64,000 nt of DNA from Epiperipatus broadwayi (lineage: Eukaryota; Animalia; Onychophora), in contig JAQFVV010000005.1 of NCBI GenBank assembly GCA_028023455.1, positions 8,370,001 through 8,434,000 of the forward strand, in the 5' to 3' direction. The position numbers were made by a program, and so were the translations under genes. This document shows positions 22,689 to 34,599 of the stretch, one piece after another. Positions within the stretch are counted from its first letter, which is position 1, and each line of letters begins with the position of its first letter. Below the pieces are notes generated by a model. The model had not been told where the DNA came from. It saw only the letters and a program-made list of their open reading frames with translations, and ran no database searches.

Positions 22689-23686
22689 GTAAATATATTA
22701 AATTTATTAAGTGCTAGCAGATGATCTAATAATAATGTGAAAGGCTAAAATCTTCGACAGAAGCGCCTTAAAAATGCTTATGTGACAGCCAATCAGATGT
22801 AATAATGACTGCACGTGGAACTCTCAATTCAAGAACACAAGCCAGAACTATGAGAAAAAGATGGGGACCCACCTTTTTCTCTATCTAAATTTATATATAA
22901 ATAAGTCAAACTCAAGCAGTTCAAACTAAGGTGCTTCTGTCGAAGGTTTTAGCCTTTCACGTTATTATTAGATCATCTGCTAGCACTTAATAAATTTAAT
23001 ATATTTACATTTGTTACTATCATTTCATTAGATTTGAAAATTGCTTCATTGTAAATCAAAAGATTTCGTGTTGTTTATTTATATATAATATTTAGTGAAT
23101 TAAATGTGAAGATGTTTTAAGCTTCATATTCTTAGTTCGGAATGCTTGAGTCTGACTTATTTATATATAAATTTAGGTAGAGAAGGTGGGTTCCATCTTT
23201 TTCTCATAATTCTGGCTTAAGTTCATGAATTGAGAGTCCATGTGCAATCATTATTACATCTGATTGGCTGTCACATAAGCATTTTTAAGGCGCTTCTGTC
23301 AAAGGTTTTAGCCTTTCATGTTATTATTAGATCATCTGCTAGCGTTTAATAAATTTAATATATTTACATTTGTTACTATCATTTCATTAGATTTGAAATT
23401 TTTTTCGTTGTAAATCGAAAGATTTCGCGTTGTTTATTTATATATAATATTTAGTGAATTAAATGTGAAGATGTTTTAAGCTTCATGCTCTTAGTTCGGA
23501 ATGCTAGAGTCTGATTTATTTATATATAAATTTAGGTAGAGAAGGGGTGGGTTCCCATCTTTTTCTCTTAGTCTGGCTTGTGTGCTTGAATTGAGAGTTC
23601 CACGTGCAGTCATTATTACATCTGACTGGCTGTCACATAAGCATTTTTAAGGCACTTCTGTTGAAGGTTTTAGCCTTTCACGTTAT
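22689..23686. mobile_element. Family-3 insertion: 240-bp inverted segment + about 2.1 tandem monomers of ~360 bp, 12-bp TSD
   Basis: CTTCTGT anchors at 22934, 23293 and 23655 (periods 359 and 362). 22689-22930 is a reverse-complement partial monomer. TATATGATAAAC flanks the element at 22677-22688 and 23687-23698. Confidence 0.9.
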
Positions 23687-24399
23687 TATATGATAAACAT
23701 ATTTTTCAAGGAAATAGACAAACTCTATATATCAAATGTTTTATTTTTTTAAATTTTTTTTAGATAAGCAATAATGATATGATGTAAACTAATATATAAG
23801 TGAGCTCATGGGAAGATCATATGTGAGTTAATTTTTTTGAACTTTTAAAAGGTGTTTGATATATAATTCTCACAACTTTTGTCATTGCATATTGATATTA
23901 AAACCATTTGTATATACCTAGTCCATACTTTCTAGGAATTGTAAATGTCTTTTGATGACATCAATCAATAGCTTTAAATTCATAATGATTAACTTTCTAT
24001 ATAAAATATAACAAAAAGCAGATCAAAAATATCAGATATTGATAAATTTCTCTGTTATGCCTAATTTACTTCCCATATGAATATCTCACCAGAAGTCTTA
24101 TATCTATAGTTTTCATCAAGCTATAGGTAACAATTGAATGTGCCTTATTAGTAAAAATAATACATGCTGGTCTTATTGTATGGACACATTTCAACTTACA
24201 TTAGTAGACAAATAATAATCAAGCAGCCTGAGGATTCAAAAAAGCTTACAAGATCATACCAGACTCCCAGGACCATAAACTCTCCAAGACCTGCAATTCC
24301 ATGATTTTTAAAATTATTTATCTACAATTCCACTTTAGACTTCTGGAAATATTAATTAGTTTCCTTTTTTGTTAGAAAGAATAAAGAATCTTACTTATT

Positions 24400-26650
24400 A
24401 ATTAAATATATTAATCCTAATTTAGGATTAAGTTTAATATGCATTTCCTTACTAATTGCATGTTGAATTATTTTTTTTACTCAGAATTAATTAGATATTC
24501 TTATCAGGCTTGATATAATGTTATATTCTTTAATTATCTAAATATAGGACATTTTATATATATACAAACTAAATATCTTCTTTTAAAATCTATATCTGTT
24601 TAAAAAAATCTTCCACATATTTAGCATTATTAATCCTTAGACATTTCAACAGTTGTCTAATCACTAGTTTTAGTGAGATATATTTCTGGACTTTTAGCAT
24701 CTGTTATCATCTAGTTAGTTTCCAATTCTCCAGTTGTTTCTGCTACCTTCACATTTTCCAGCTTTGGTCCTTATACCTCTAGTTAAACATATTTGTTCAT
24801 TTACTTTATTTGTTATTTGAATTACATGTAACATCATAACAGAGATGATTATTTTTTTTTCAATAATAACCCCCATTTTTAGTATTTAATTTCATATTCT
24901 TTGACAGAATACCAAATATTTCATTTTTATCCAAATATATTTTTGTTTCAAACCCACACTACCTTTCTATTTATTTCTTTTTAAGCTAATCTAATTTAAT
25001 TTTTATAATTATTATTTTCTGATGTACAATTAACATCTTTTTGTATACTAGTATTGTTAATTTGGCAGCTATTTTCATTCCATCAAAAGCACTAAAGGAA
25101 TTATTCCCTGTGATATTTAAAGGCATTGTATTTAGGCAAAAAGTGCTGAGTATTACACTAAATTTTAACATTAGCTTTAATTGCATCACTTTCCCAGCCA
25201 GGCAGTTGGACCCCAGATGATAAGAAAGTGTTAACATAAGTAATGCTCCCATTAATATTCTCTTTTCAACAATTTCAATGTGAAGACAATCCCATTATTT
25301 GTGACTAATAATTAGATGCCATGATATGAGACTATCTCTTAACATTTTATTACTTCCTCAGTAGTTGATTTTTTTTTATTAAACAGTAATCAACTGCTTT
25401 GAATATACATCTCCAGTTACTAAAATTATGTAGCCTTTAATTGAACTGTGTGGTCAAGGTGTAAATGTTTTGGTATTTTTTTACATGCATCACAATTTTT
25501 AATATAATTTTTAATCTTTGGGTTTACGTTAGTTCACCATACATACATCTGAGCTAACACTTTCAAGTATTCCAGAGTAACCATTATGTACACATTCCAG
25601 GACTTTTCTTGCCTCTCATTGGAATAACTACATGGTCTACATATTGAATGCAGCAATTGTTGGACATCCACTACTAATCCAATTAATAATCTTATGATCC
25701 TAATGTTGTCTAATCCAATTTACTATTGTGTATATCATATTTTAGCGCATCTATATAGTTTACATTTATGTCTTGGCACATTTCCATTTTATTGAGTGGG
25801 TATGATTGGGTTTCAGTATGGATTATTTTCCTTTTTTGCATATTAATTAATAATTATATGTGGAGAATGTGCTCTGCCAACAAGTCATATATGGGCTAAG
25901 ATGAACTGATGGTTTTATTTTTTGATACTAAATTCAAGAGTTTATGTTCAGTAAATAACTTAAATTGTCTATATACTAGTATTGGTGAAATATTTTCATG
26001 CTGAAAACAATCTTAAAAGCTTCTTTATCCAGCTGACTAGATTCTTTTGAATTTAGATTATGTTCACAATGTATATGCTTTGGTCTTCTCACTTATATTA
26101 TGTATTATTGTGTCTACTCCATATTTAGAGTCATATGTAGTTAGCATTATGTCTAGCATTTCATTAGTACACTAATAATTATTCTGATATTAGAAATGAC
26201 TTGATACATTTAAAAGTCTCTTTTTGCATTTTGCTCTATGACCACTTTTGATTTTTTTTCTAAGCAGGTTATAGAGAGATTTTACTGCATGAGTTTTCTC
26301 TGAAAAAACATTCAGAAAAAAATTAACCAATGCCCAGAAAAGCTTCTAACTCTTTCGTTGAATTTATTGTGGAGATTTCTTTCACTGCTTTAAGTTGTTC
26401 CACAAAATATTTTTTCATTACCAACATGACTTAGAAATTTATTTTCCAAGTACATTTTGTTGCATTTAGTAATACACCAATTTTTTTTATTTAATACATA
26501 TTTAACCTAACTTCTGAATTGTTTGTTATTAAGATATCAAAATAAGGTATTACATCTATCTCTCTCAGAAGTGAACCAATTTTTGCTTGAAAGATATTTG
26601 AAGCAGTTGTTATTCTAAAAGCTAACAAATTACATCAAAATAAGTCTTCA
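24400..26650 (-). mobile_element. Highly decayed LINE
   Basis: Pyrimidine-rich plus strand; ORF 24986-25252 is weakly reminiscent of LINE C-terminal regions. No clean motif. Confidence 0.25.
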
Positions 26651-27246
26651 TAGATTATGGTCAATATGCTGGCCAATTTCTCACTCATCAGAATTTGATG
26701 AAATGCTGATTTCAAATTAAACCAGAGTATAAAGAAAACCAGCAATGTAACAAAATTATATTTGAAACTAAACTACTTATTTTTAAAGTAATGGTAGGTA
26801 TTGCTATGTACTGACTGGTTTATGTGTTAAATAAAGATGTGTGTGTTCAGAAATAGTCATTATGGAGCAAAATTAGTGTCACTCTAGAAATAATGTACTG
26901 CAAAATAATAAATTATGCAAAGTGCAAGTTAGCCTAAATATTCTAATTTGCATAAGGACTAGTGAAATAATATGCAAATCAGCAAAGTTATAAAAAAGTC
27001 ATCAATAGAACTTTAGTGTATGTGGAGAAACAAAAAGTAGAAACTTGTTAACCCCAATGTTGGACAATTGTAAATACTAGTGGAAAAATACCTTTGAAAG
27101 TTATTATATTTGAAATGAAAGACATTAATAAAGTGTTATAATAGAATCCAACTCCATGTAATTGTTGATGTGAAATTTAGACTGATTGTATTATGGACTT
27201 CAATGAGAAAGCCACGAGTTAAACATACAAATTTATATATATATAT

Positions 27247-29970
27247 AGTACTTTTTTTAAAATAAAAAAGATGCCAGTATGCACTTCTTATCAAGCTTTT
27301 TACTAAAGAAAATTGTATTCAAATATCATTTAAATGAAAATAAAGCAGTTTTTTTTAATGCTATGATGCAAATAAAAAAATTAAACAAAATTTATCATAA
27401 TTTTTTTATTTTAGTCATGTCAAATCTAAAGTTAAATAAACAAATACAAATATACAACTGATAACTAAATGTAAAATGAAATTATAAAACTTTTTATAAT
27501 TGAATAAAAGTTTATAGTGATTTCAAAAATATTAACAATCATCTCTATTCATTTTCTTAGTGTTAGTATCCGTCACCAAATGATGTCTTCTAAATAACCA
27601 CAAATCAACATTTTGAAGGATTGAAAAGTGTCAAAGGTGGTCTGATGAGTTTGATGAACAAAAGTGCTAAAACTATTTTGATTTTTCTATTTTGATCTTC
27701 AATGAAGATCTTATTGGGGGTAATAATTAGATTCATTTGTGAAAACCTGCATTCACTTGAAGAAATGGGAATAGAATTCAGAACATATATCAAGTGCAAG
27801 TTTTTCAGAATGTCTTTTCGAGAATATATTCACGAAATCCATAAATCATTTCTCTTTTGTTTAGTTGTAGTCTGACTGTATTTCTAAATTCCATCTCTCT
27901 AAATGTCAACTGATTATCAATATCTTCAGGCCAATAATTTTGGTCAAGTACACAAGCCCAGAGTGCAAACTCAACATCTTTGCTATCTAGCATTCTTTTT
28001 TCAATTGACTCTTTTCAATGTGGTATAAAATGTATTCAGATCAATAGGATCATTTTTTGAAATTTTTGTGTACAGCAGCTATAGCACATTTATACAAGGA
28101 TCCAAAATTCTGTTTTTTTTTTTTTGCTTCAAAAACTTGAACTAGTGCAATTTATTTTTCGAATTGCAATGTAAAGGTTCGCACTGCCATCTTGTAGGTC
28201 CAAACTTAGTTCTGACAATTCTTGGGCAGCATCGCACATCAACACTAGATCCAATAAAAAGGCTGTAGATGTTTTTTTTTTCAAGCCATCGTAAATACAT
28301 TTATTATTTTTATCTCTTGTAGAATCATTCATTGCTTCTTCAAAATGATGCACAAGATTCAAAATTAGTCCACATAGTCGAAACTGAATGAAAACTAGAT
28401 AGTACCCGTCTAGTACTAAAAACTTCCAATTTTTAACAGCTCAATGCTTAGTGATTCTGCGCATTTTGTAACTATTATTTTAACTATTTTTCGGTGAAAT
28501 ATGATATAAAACAAAGTTTATCAATAAATGATTTGAATCTATTGATTCCTGAAATTTTCTTTACAACATCACTAACTGATAATTCTAATCTATGATTAGC
28601 ACAATGCCAAACTATAATAGAAGGAAATTTTTGTGTCAGCAATTCTTTCACTCCATTTTTACATTCTAACATAACAGTGCCACTGCATGCTACCGAAATT
28701 AAATATTTTTTAAAATAATCAGTCATCCCACAAAATTCAAGACAATGGAGTAAGGATTCAAATATTCCTTTTGCCATTACATTTTCAAGTTCGATCAAGT
28801 TTAAAAAGAAATTAACCAGTGAATTCATTTCAACACTTTCAATTCAGCATCGAATAAACAAACTGGGTGTTTGTTTTTTTTTGCTTATGGTAGTTGATTA
28901 ATCAATTATCAATGAAATTATATTTTTTGATTGAAAAATTTCTTTAGATAATTTTTTTCTCATTTCATCACTTATATGATTTACAATATTAATGCATGCT
29001 TATGTTGAATGAAGAATATGACCTGTTTCAATTCAGCTCTCGCAGATCAATTTCACTTTTAAAAGTAGAGAAGGATTGATTTTCCTTTGCTATTTTATAT
29101 GCATTTCGAAAATTTTTTGAGGATATTACTTTTTCGCGAGATAATGATTTTAAAAAAATGTTTTCAATCTTCTTTTTTTCGGCTTCAAAAAATAATTGTG
29201 TACTGCAGATTCTATATTTTTTCGAAGAGAGCTCAATTGTAACTTCCTACCTTTCCCAGAATAGATGATTTCATTGTTGACCATTCTTTGGAAATTTTCA
29301 TTCTCATCGTCGGCAGCTAAGTGTCATTTTGTATATATTCAACCATTCCTTTTTTGAGCAAAAATCTTTTTTTTTTTTATCCAATCCGACCAATCATTTT
29401 GAGTTCGGCATTGTACTGCAAGATCCGCTTGAGATGATTCAGGAATATCAACTTGCACCAATATTTTCATATTTTCTATCATCGTTTTGTACTTTTTATT
29501 AGTGGGATCGATGGTCGAGAAGTAACTGGAAATGATTTTCATTTTTAAACTTGGGGTAAACTTTTACACTAAAAAATAAATAAAATAAAAATAACGATGT
29601 TAAATTTACATAAAAATAAAGAAATTAAATATTCCACACATTATAAATCACTACACAGGTGCATTCATTCACAAATCAGCCATTACTGGCTGTACATGTG
29701 TTGCTGTAATCAGTCGTTACCACGATTGACCAATGGGGATGTGGATGAGTTAACTTCTCACTACATGAGAGCGACAATTTCGAATCCATCCAAATTTTAT
29801 CTGATTCATAAAACATCATATTTTTTTATTTGTTTGCATTATATAAAAATGAGTTATAATTATGTACGTGCGATACCGTTTCATCTAATTATGTTTAAAA
29901 CATTTAAAATACACCAAAAAAAGTGCCGGAATACTGTTTCACCGCATTATATGACAAAAAAAAACCCTCG
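27247..29970 (-). mobile_element. Near full-length decayed hAT transposon (KIAA1586/ZNF862-like transposase) with both ends
   Basis: ORF pieces 29339-29542, 28484-28828 (FFLNLIELEN..AKGIF...ISVAC..VML..KNGV..L..KFPSIIVWHCANHRLELSV), 28129-28362 and 27805-27993. Ends are TAGTACTTTTTTT (27247) and AAAAAAAAACCCTCG (29970), with subterminal TGCCGGAA / TGCCAGTA motifs. Both flanks are (TA)n. Confidence 0.8.
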
Positions 29971-30318
29971 GTATATATATATTTGTGTAATAAATTCATT
30001 GTTATTAAACTTTTGTGTATTGTGTACTAATAAGCGTTTGGCTGCTAAATTAAACTCTGGCCTTTTTATATTAGTATAAAGTGGGGCAAAAAATAAAATT
30101 CAGACATCTTTTTTTATATATAGGCAAGAAAGATATCCAGGCATACCTGTGTGCCAAAGTGATTAGAAATGTGAAAGAATTTTGATTTATAAAATATTCT
30201 AATTATCTATACAATATTAATATCATTTATGAACTTTATTAACTAATGGTTGGTAAATTAACGCCAACTGATTTACTCGGTGTATTAGGTGCGTTACTGT
30301 TGCTGAGATCCATTTATT

Positions 30319-30789
30319 GGCATGCTGGTGCCAATATTACTGCCATGCCCATGTTGACTTCCAGTCACTTTGACCCCTCATGTATAGGACCTTATCCATT
30401 TAAATATATAGAAGAGGGATGGGCAGAATACAAGCTTCATGTATAAATATTTGAAAACCAGGCACTCTTCACAAACCTGGAGCTTAATTGTAAATATAGG
30501 AAATTTGAACTCGGATTTAAAAGTGTGAAGATTTGCTATCTTAATATAAACTGAGCACTGATTATATATTTGTGTGGGAGAGGATAATCTGGATCAACTG
30601 ATGAGTGCTGGTTTAGCACAAAATACATGTATTGGTGATTATTTATCTTTTCTACATGTGTGTGGTCATGTGTATCAGTTGTAAGAGATAGTGTGGATAG
30701 TTGAAGGGTGCTTGAAAGGCTGAGTTCAAATCTCCTATATTTACAATTAAGCTCCAGGTTTGTGAAGAATGCCTCGTTTTCAAATATTT
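30319..30789 (+). mobile_element. Family-2 copy: inverted partial monomer + direct partial monomer
   Basis: 30445-30512 versus 30722-30789 form a 68-bp inverted repeat. Both parts align to the 7744-8236 monomer in a different permutation. Confidence 0.85.
30593..30636 (+). ncRNA. Minimal type I hammerhead ribozyme motif (family 2; G12>A)
   Basis: ATCAA-CTGATGA-GTGCT-GGTTT-AGCAC-AAAA-TACATG-TA-TTGGT. All elements are present except GAAA>AAAA. Confidence 0.75.
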
Positions 30790-31311
30790 CTTCATGAAAA
30801 GTAAAAATATAAAACATAATTCCATAATAATGTATTTGTGATATATGAATACATTATTTATATATGAAAACAAAAATTCAATATGAATTCTTCATGTTAT
30901 AAAAATTAAATGATTAAATTCATATAACTATTTTCATTAAATTATTACTATTTTTGACTTAACAGCTTTTTATAATTGGTACAGAGCTAGAGTATGGTGA
31001 TTCTGTGCATTATTTACATGGGAGAGATTGCTCCTTCTATATTATAAAGAGTATCTCAAGGACAGTCTTATATAATGTTTTTTAATTTTTTTCCATCATG
31101 GACCAGTGAAAAAATATTTTTTATGAGATGGCAATGTAGATGTACATATTGTAAAAATTGAACTTTATACAAATCTAATATATATTGCATTTATTTATGT
31201 TTTATATAGTATGTCATATATTTTAACTTATTAGTAAATAAACACTTAAAATTTTAATGAAATCTTTGTTGTAGCTTCTCAACAAATTTGTTGAAAGATA
31301 AATGATGTCAA

Positions 31312-31383
31312 GTGTTGGTGGCCTTGTGGTTAGCATAGCTGCCTTCCAAGCAGCTGGCCCAGCTTCGCTTCCAGGTCAACGCT
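31312..31383 (+). pseudogene. tRNA-Gly(TCC) pseudogene / tRNA-derived repeat
   Basis: Acceptor stem GTGTTGG/TCAACGC and a perfect anticodon arm GCTGC-CTTCCAA-GCAGC. The T-arm has two mismatches and the B box is eroded (CTTCGCTTC). Confidence 0.8.
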
Positions 31384-32543
31384 TTGATAAAAAAGATAGA
31401 TGAATGATTTCTTAATTCCATTTTCATAATAAGCCATGAGATTAAAAACAAGAAAAAAAAATCTCCAGTTATGAATAAAATTAAAAAATTATGCAAAGCA
31501 TATTATTAAAAAAAACAAAAACATGTGATTTTTCATTTATAAATAAAAAAATCCTGAAAAATATCAAATATTCATTATAAGTTATTTGAGATAAAGTAAA
31601 ATATCCTTCATTGAGACAATAGTTTTAAATCTGAAAATAATTGCTGGGGGGGGGGGTGCAACATTTAAATTTCTATTTTTAAAAGAATTGCAGACAGAAA
31701 ATGTGAATGTATTTATTTCCACACCTTTTTTTTATGCTTATCTAATCCATATGTTTTTAAACATATATGAAACATAGTACAATTAATATTCATATAATAA
31801 TAATATATATTTTATATTAATATAAGTATGAAATTAATTATCACAAGTTTATTCCTTTACTGGTTTAAAGTTGTAAACTTCTTTTTGTGAACCAGCAATT
31901 TTTTTCATGAACATGTTGAGAAACACAAAAGGGTTCAATATTATTTCTATTGGAATAAAATGCTTGAGAATAAAATATAATGAGGTCCAGAAAGGCAAGA
32001 AATTGAAGACTTTCAGTAAAAAAAGTTTGCTGGAGAATGATCATCAGCCCTTATTTGTGATTCATAGATTGGTTTGAAAAAATTTATCATAGAACACTTC
32101 TTTAATTTTTTTTTTTTGTTTTTACTGAAGCAGTCACTATATTTGTTTAAGAATGTCTTCCAATGGTATGTATTTATAATTAAAAGCCTACTTGATGTGA
32201 TTATTAAATGACAACTTTGTATTAGTCATAGTGTTATATAATATCAGATTTGAAATATTGCAATTTTTAGATATCAAAATTGAATTTAATATCAGGCAAA
32301 ACATCGTATGACTTTCTCAATTTATTCTTTACATATAGGGACACTAGATGACCGAATAGTTTAATTAGTTAGAGTGTCACCATAAATTCAATATTCATGA
32401 ATCTGAAGATCTATGTTTGATTTTCATGCTAGTACTGTCACTGGTCAGACCAACAACAACAGAGGAAAGAATGATCACTTGAAATATATTAAAATTTATT
32501 AGTAATTCATTAGACTAGAGATTATCCAATAACGAATAATCTT

Positions 32544-32597
32544 TAGTGTAATTTTCACTACACCATTCTCATGCAAGATGTAGTGAAAATTACACTA
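32544..32597. repeat. Short perfect hairpin (19-bp arms)
   Basis: TAGTGTAATTTTCACTACA (32544-32562) / TGTAGTGAAAATTACACTA (32579-32597). Confidence 0.8.
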
Positions 32598-33714
32598 CAG
32601 AAATATTATTATGTTATATACTGAATTGCCTGGTATTATTAACAGTTGAATGTCCTTGAAAAGCTTAAATAAAGTTTGATTTTTTTAAAGACATGTAAGA
32701 TTTGATACTATATGATCGGAATAATCCAACATAATTATTACCAGATGGTAATGCTATAATATCCACATTCTCAAATTATTTTCTAGATTTTATCTTTATT
32801 AGGAAGGGCGCCGGATTTAAAGTTAGAACTAATTCACCTAACAGTCACTTTTAATTTCTCACATTACTCAAAATAATAATCTGAAATTTAAAAAAAGTTT
32901 TGAAGTTGAGCCAAATAGATTGTGTAGTTATTGTATTATCTGCAAATCTTTAATTTGCAGACTACACTTACATATGCAAAACTTTTGTTCAATTGTGATC
33001 ACCAGAGTCAACTACATTTCTATTGATATGTAGGTGAAATATCAGAATTAATACATAAATATTCTTAATTATAAAACGTAAAATAAAAATATTCTGCAAA
33101 GAAGATCTCACATGAAGTTGAATGCAGAATCCAAAACTCTCTTGCATCATCTTTTAACAAGTTATAAAACTGTATTGAGTAATGATTGCTTCTTGTAACT
33201 GATTTTGCATACATAGTATACATATATGTGTATGCGCAAATCATTACATTAAATATATTTATTCAAGGATGTGCAATTTTTATTATGTTTTTTTTGTAAT
33301 AAAACTAAAGATTAATTTCCCGAGAGCATACAAATGAAATGTAAATCAGTAAAGAAATGTATTTGACAAAAATTTAAAACAATGAGCAAACGTATGTATG
33401 TGAGCATACATGATGCCTATGTAACAAGAAATATTTACTTATGTAGCAAATATACACATAATAGAAAAATTGACAAGCTTGAAATATATAATATAAACAA
33501 TTTTGTAATATGTGTGTTGAACAATTTTCTATATAATAAATTCAAAAATAAGGTCATTTCTAGCCCTAGTAATGATCATAAATTAAAGCGGATAGAGCAT
33601 AATATTAATTTTTCTATTGTCAAATTGAAAACGCATCATTATTTTCAAACACTATTTCTCTACTATAGGATGAAAATCCCCAAATAATTCAATTTTTCCT
33701 TTTTATAGTTTCTC

Positions 33715-34075
33715 TTTACCATATCTCTTCAACAAATTTTTTATTCATTCATCTCATGCATGGTCTCTTTCCAGATCTTTTACTACTACCTCTTGTGATC
33801 CAGGTTAAGACTTCAATTTTCCATCCATTGTCATAACTTCTAACATGTTTAATCCAATTATATTCAGCCTCTTAGGTTTTTTCAGTAATCTTAATACCTA
33901 TTCGTTTTTTACACATATATTTTACTTTGAAACATAAGTCTCTCCATTTTTTATTATCTAGTCTGAAATCCTTATATTGCAGTCTTCTAAACATTTAAGT
34001 CTTAAATCTATATGAACTAGTAAAATGCATCTATTAAAAGATTTCCTTTTCAAACACATATATTTCTTTTTAAAT
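33715..34075 (-). mobile_element. Old 3' fragment of the RTE family seen at 52-55 kb and 61-64 kb
   Basis: The reverse complement contains ATGTGTTTGAAAAGGAA and ...GAAGTCTTAACCTGGATCACAAGAG...AAAGAGACCATGCATGAGATG, homologous to 63400-63750. Confidence 0.6.
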
Positions 34076-34599
34076 CAAGTCACATCTATCAAAATCACAC
34101 CACATAAGTTTAATTGTATGAATTTCTATGATAAATTTATTATGTTGACATTTTTATTAATAATTTGACCCTGGAATTTGGAGTGATTAACTTCTAGTTT
34201 ATTACAATCAATATTTATTTTCCTTTTTTGTGAAAAGCCATTGTACATTATTATAGTATTTATTTCTAATCCCATTTTTTTGCATTTATCCTTGTAATAT
34301 TTTCTACACTCTGAAGCATCATTATTTGCAAAAATATCAACAAAATGTGACTTATGTATTCTCTATTTATTTTTATTCCATTAATTTCCCCTTTCTCATA
34401 AAACTGCAATACAATGTTTTGAATATATGGAATCATTTTGTCATGGAGTCTTATCAATTTTACTCCCCCTTTCCATCACAATATAATAAATAAGTGCAGT
34501 TTCATTTTGTAACTTTAGAATTTGGTTATATATGTAATTGAATTTTGCTGGAAATTAAACTAATATATTAACTCACGCAATCTGTCTAAATTTTTCATT

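Noticed and set aside
22700-23460. Hammerhead-like words in family 3 (CAGATGA...GAAAGG; GTGAAGATG; AAATCGAAAGATTTC)
   Set aside because: The core is non-canonical and helices I and II do not pair.
32700-32860. THAP-like KSGALP motif on the minus strand
   Set aside because: The remaining THAP cysteine/histidine motifs were not found.
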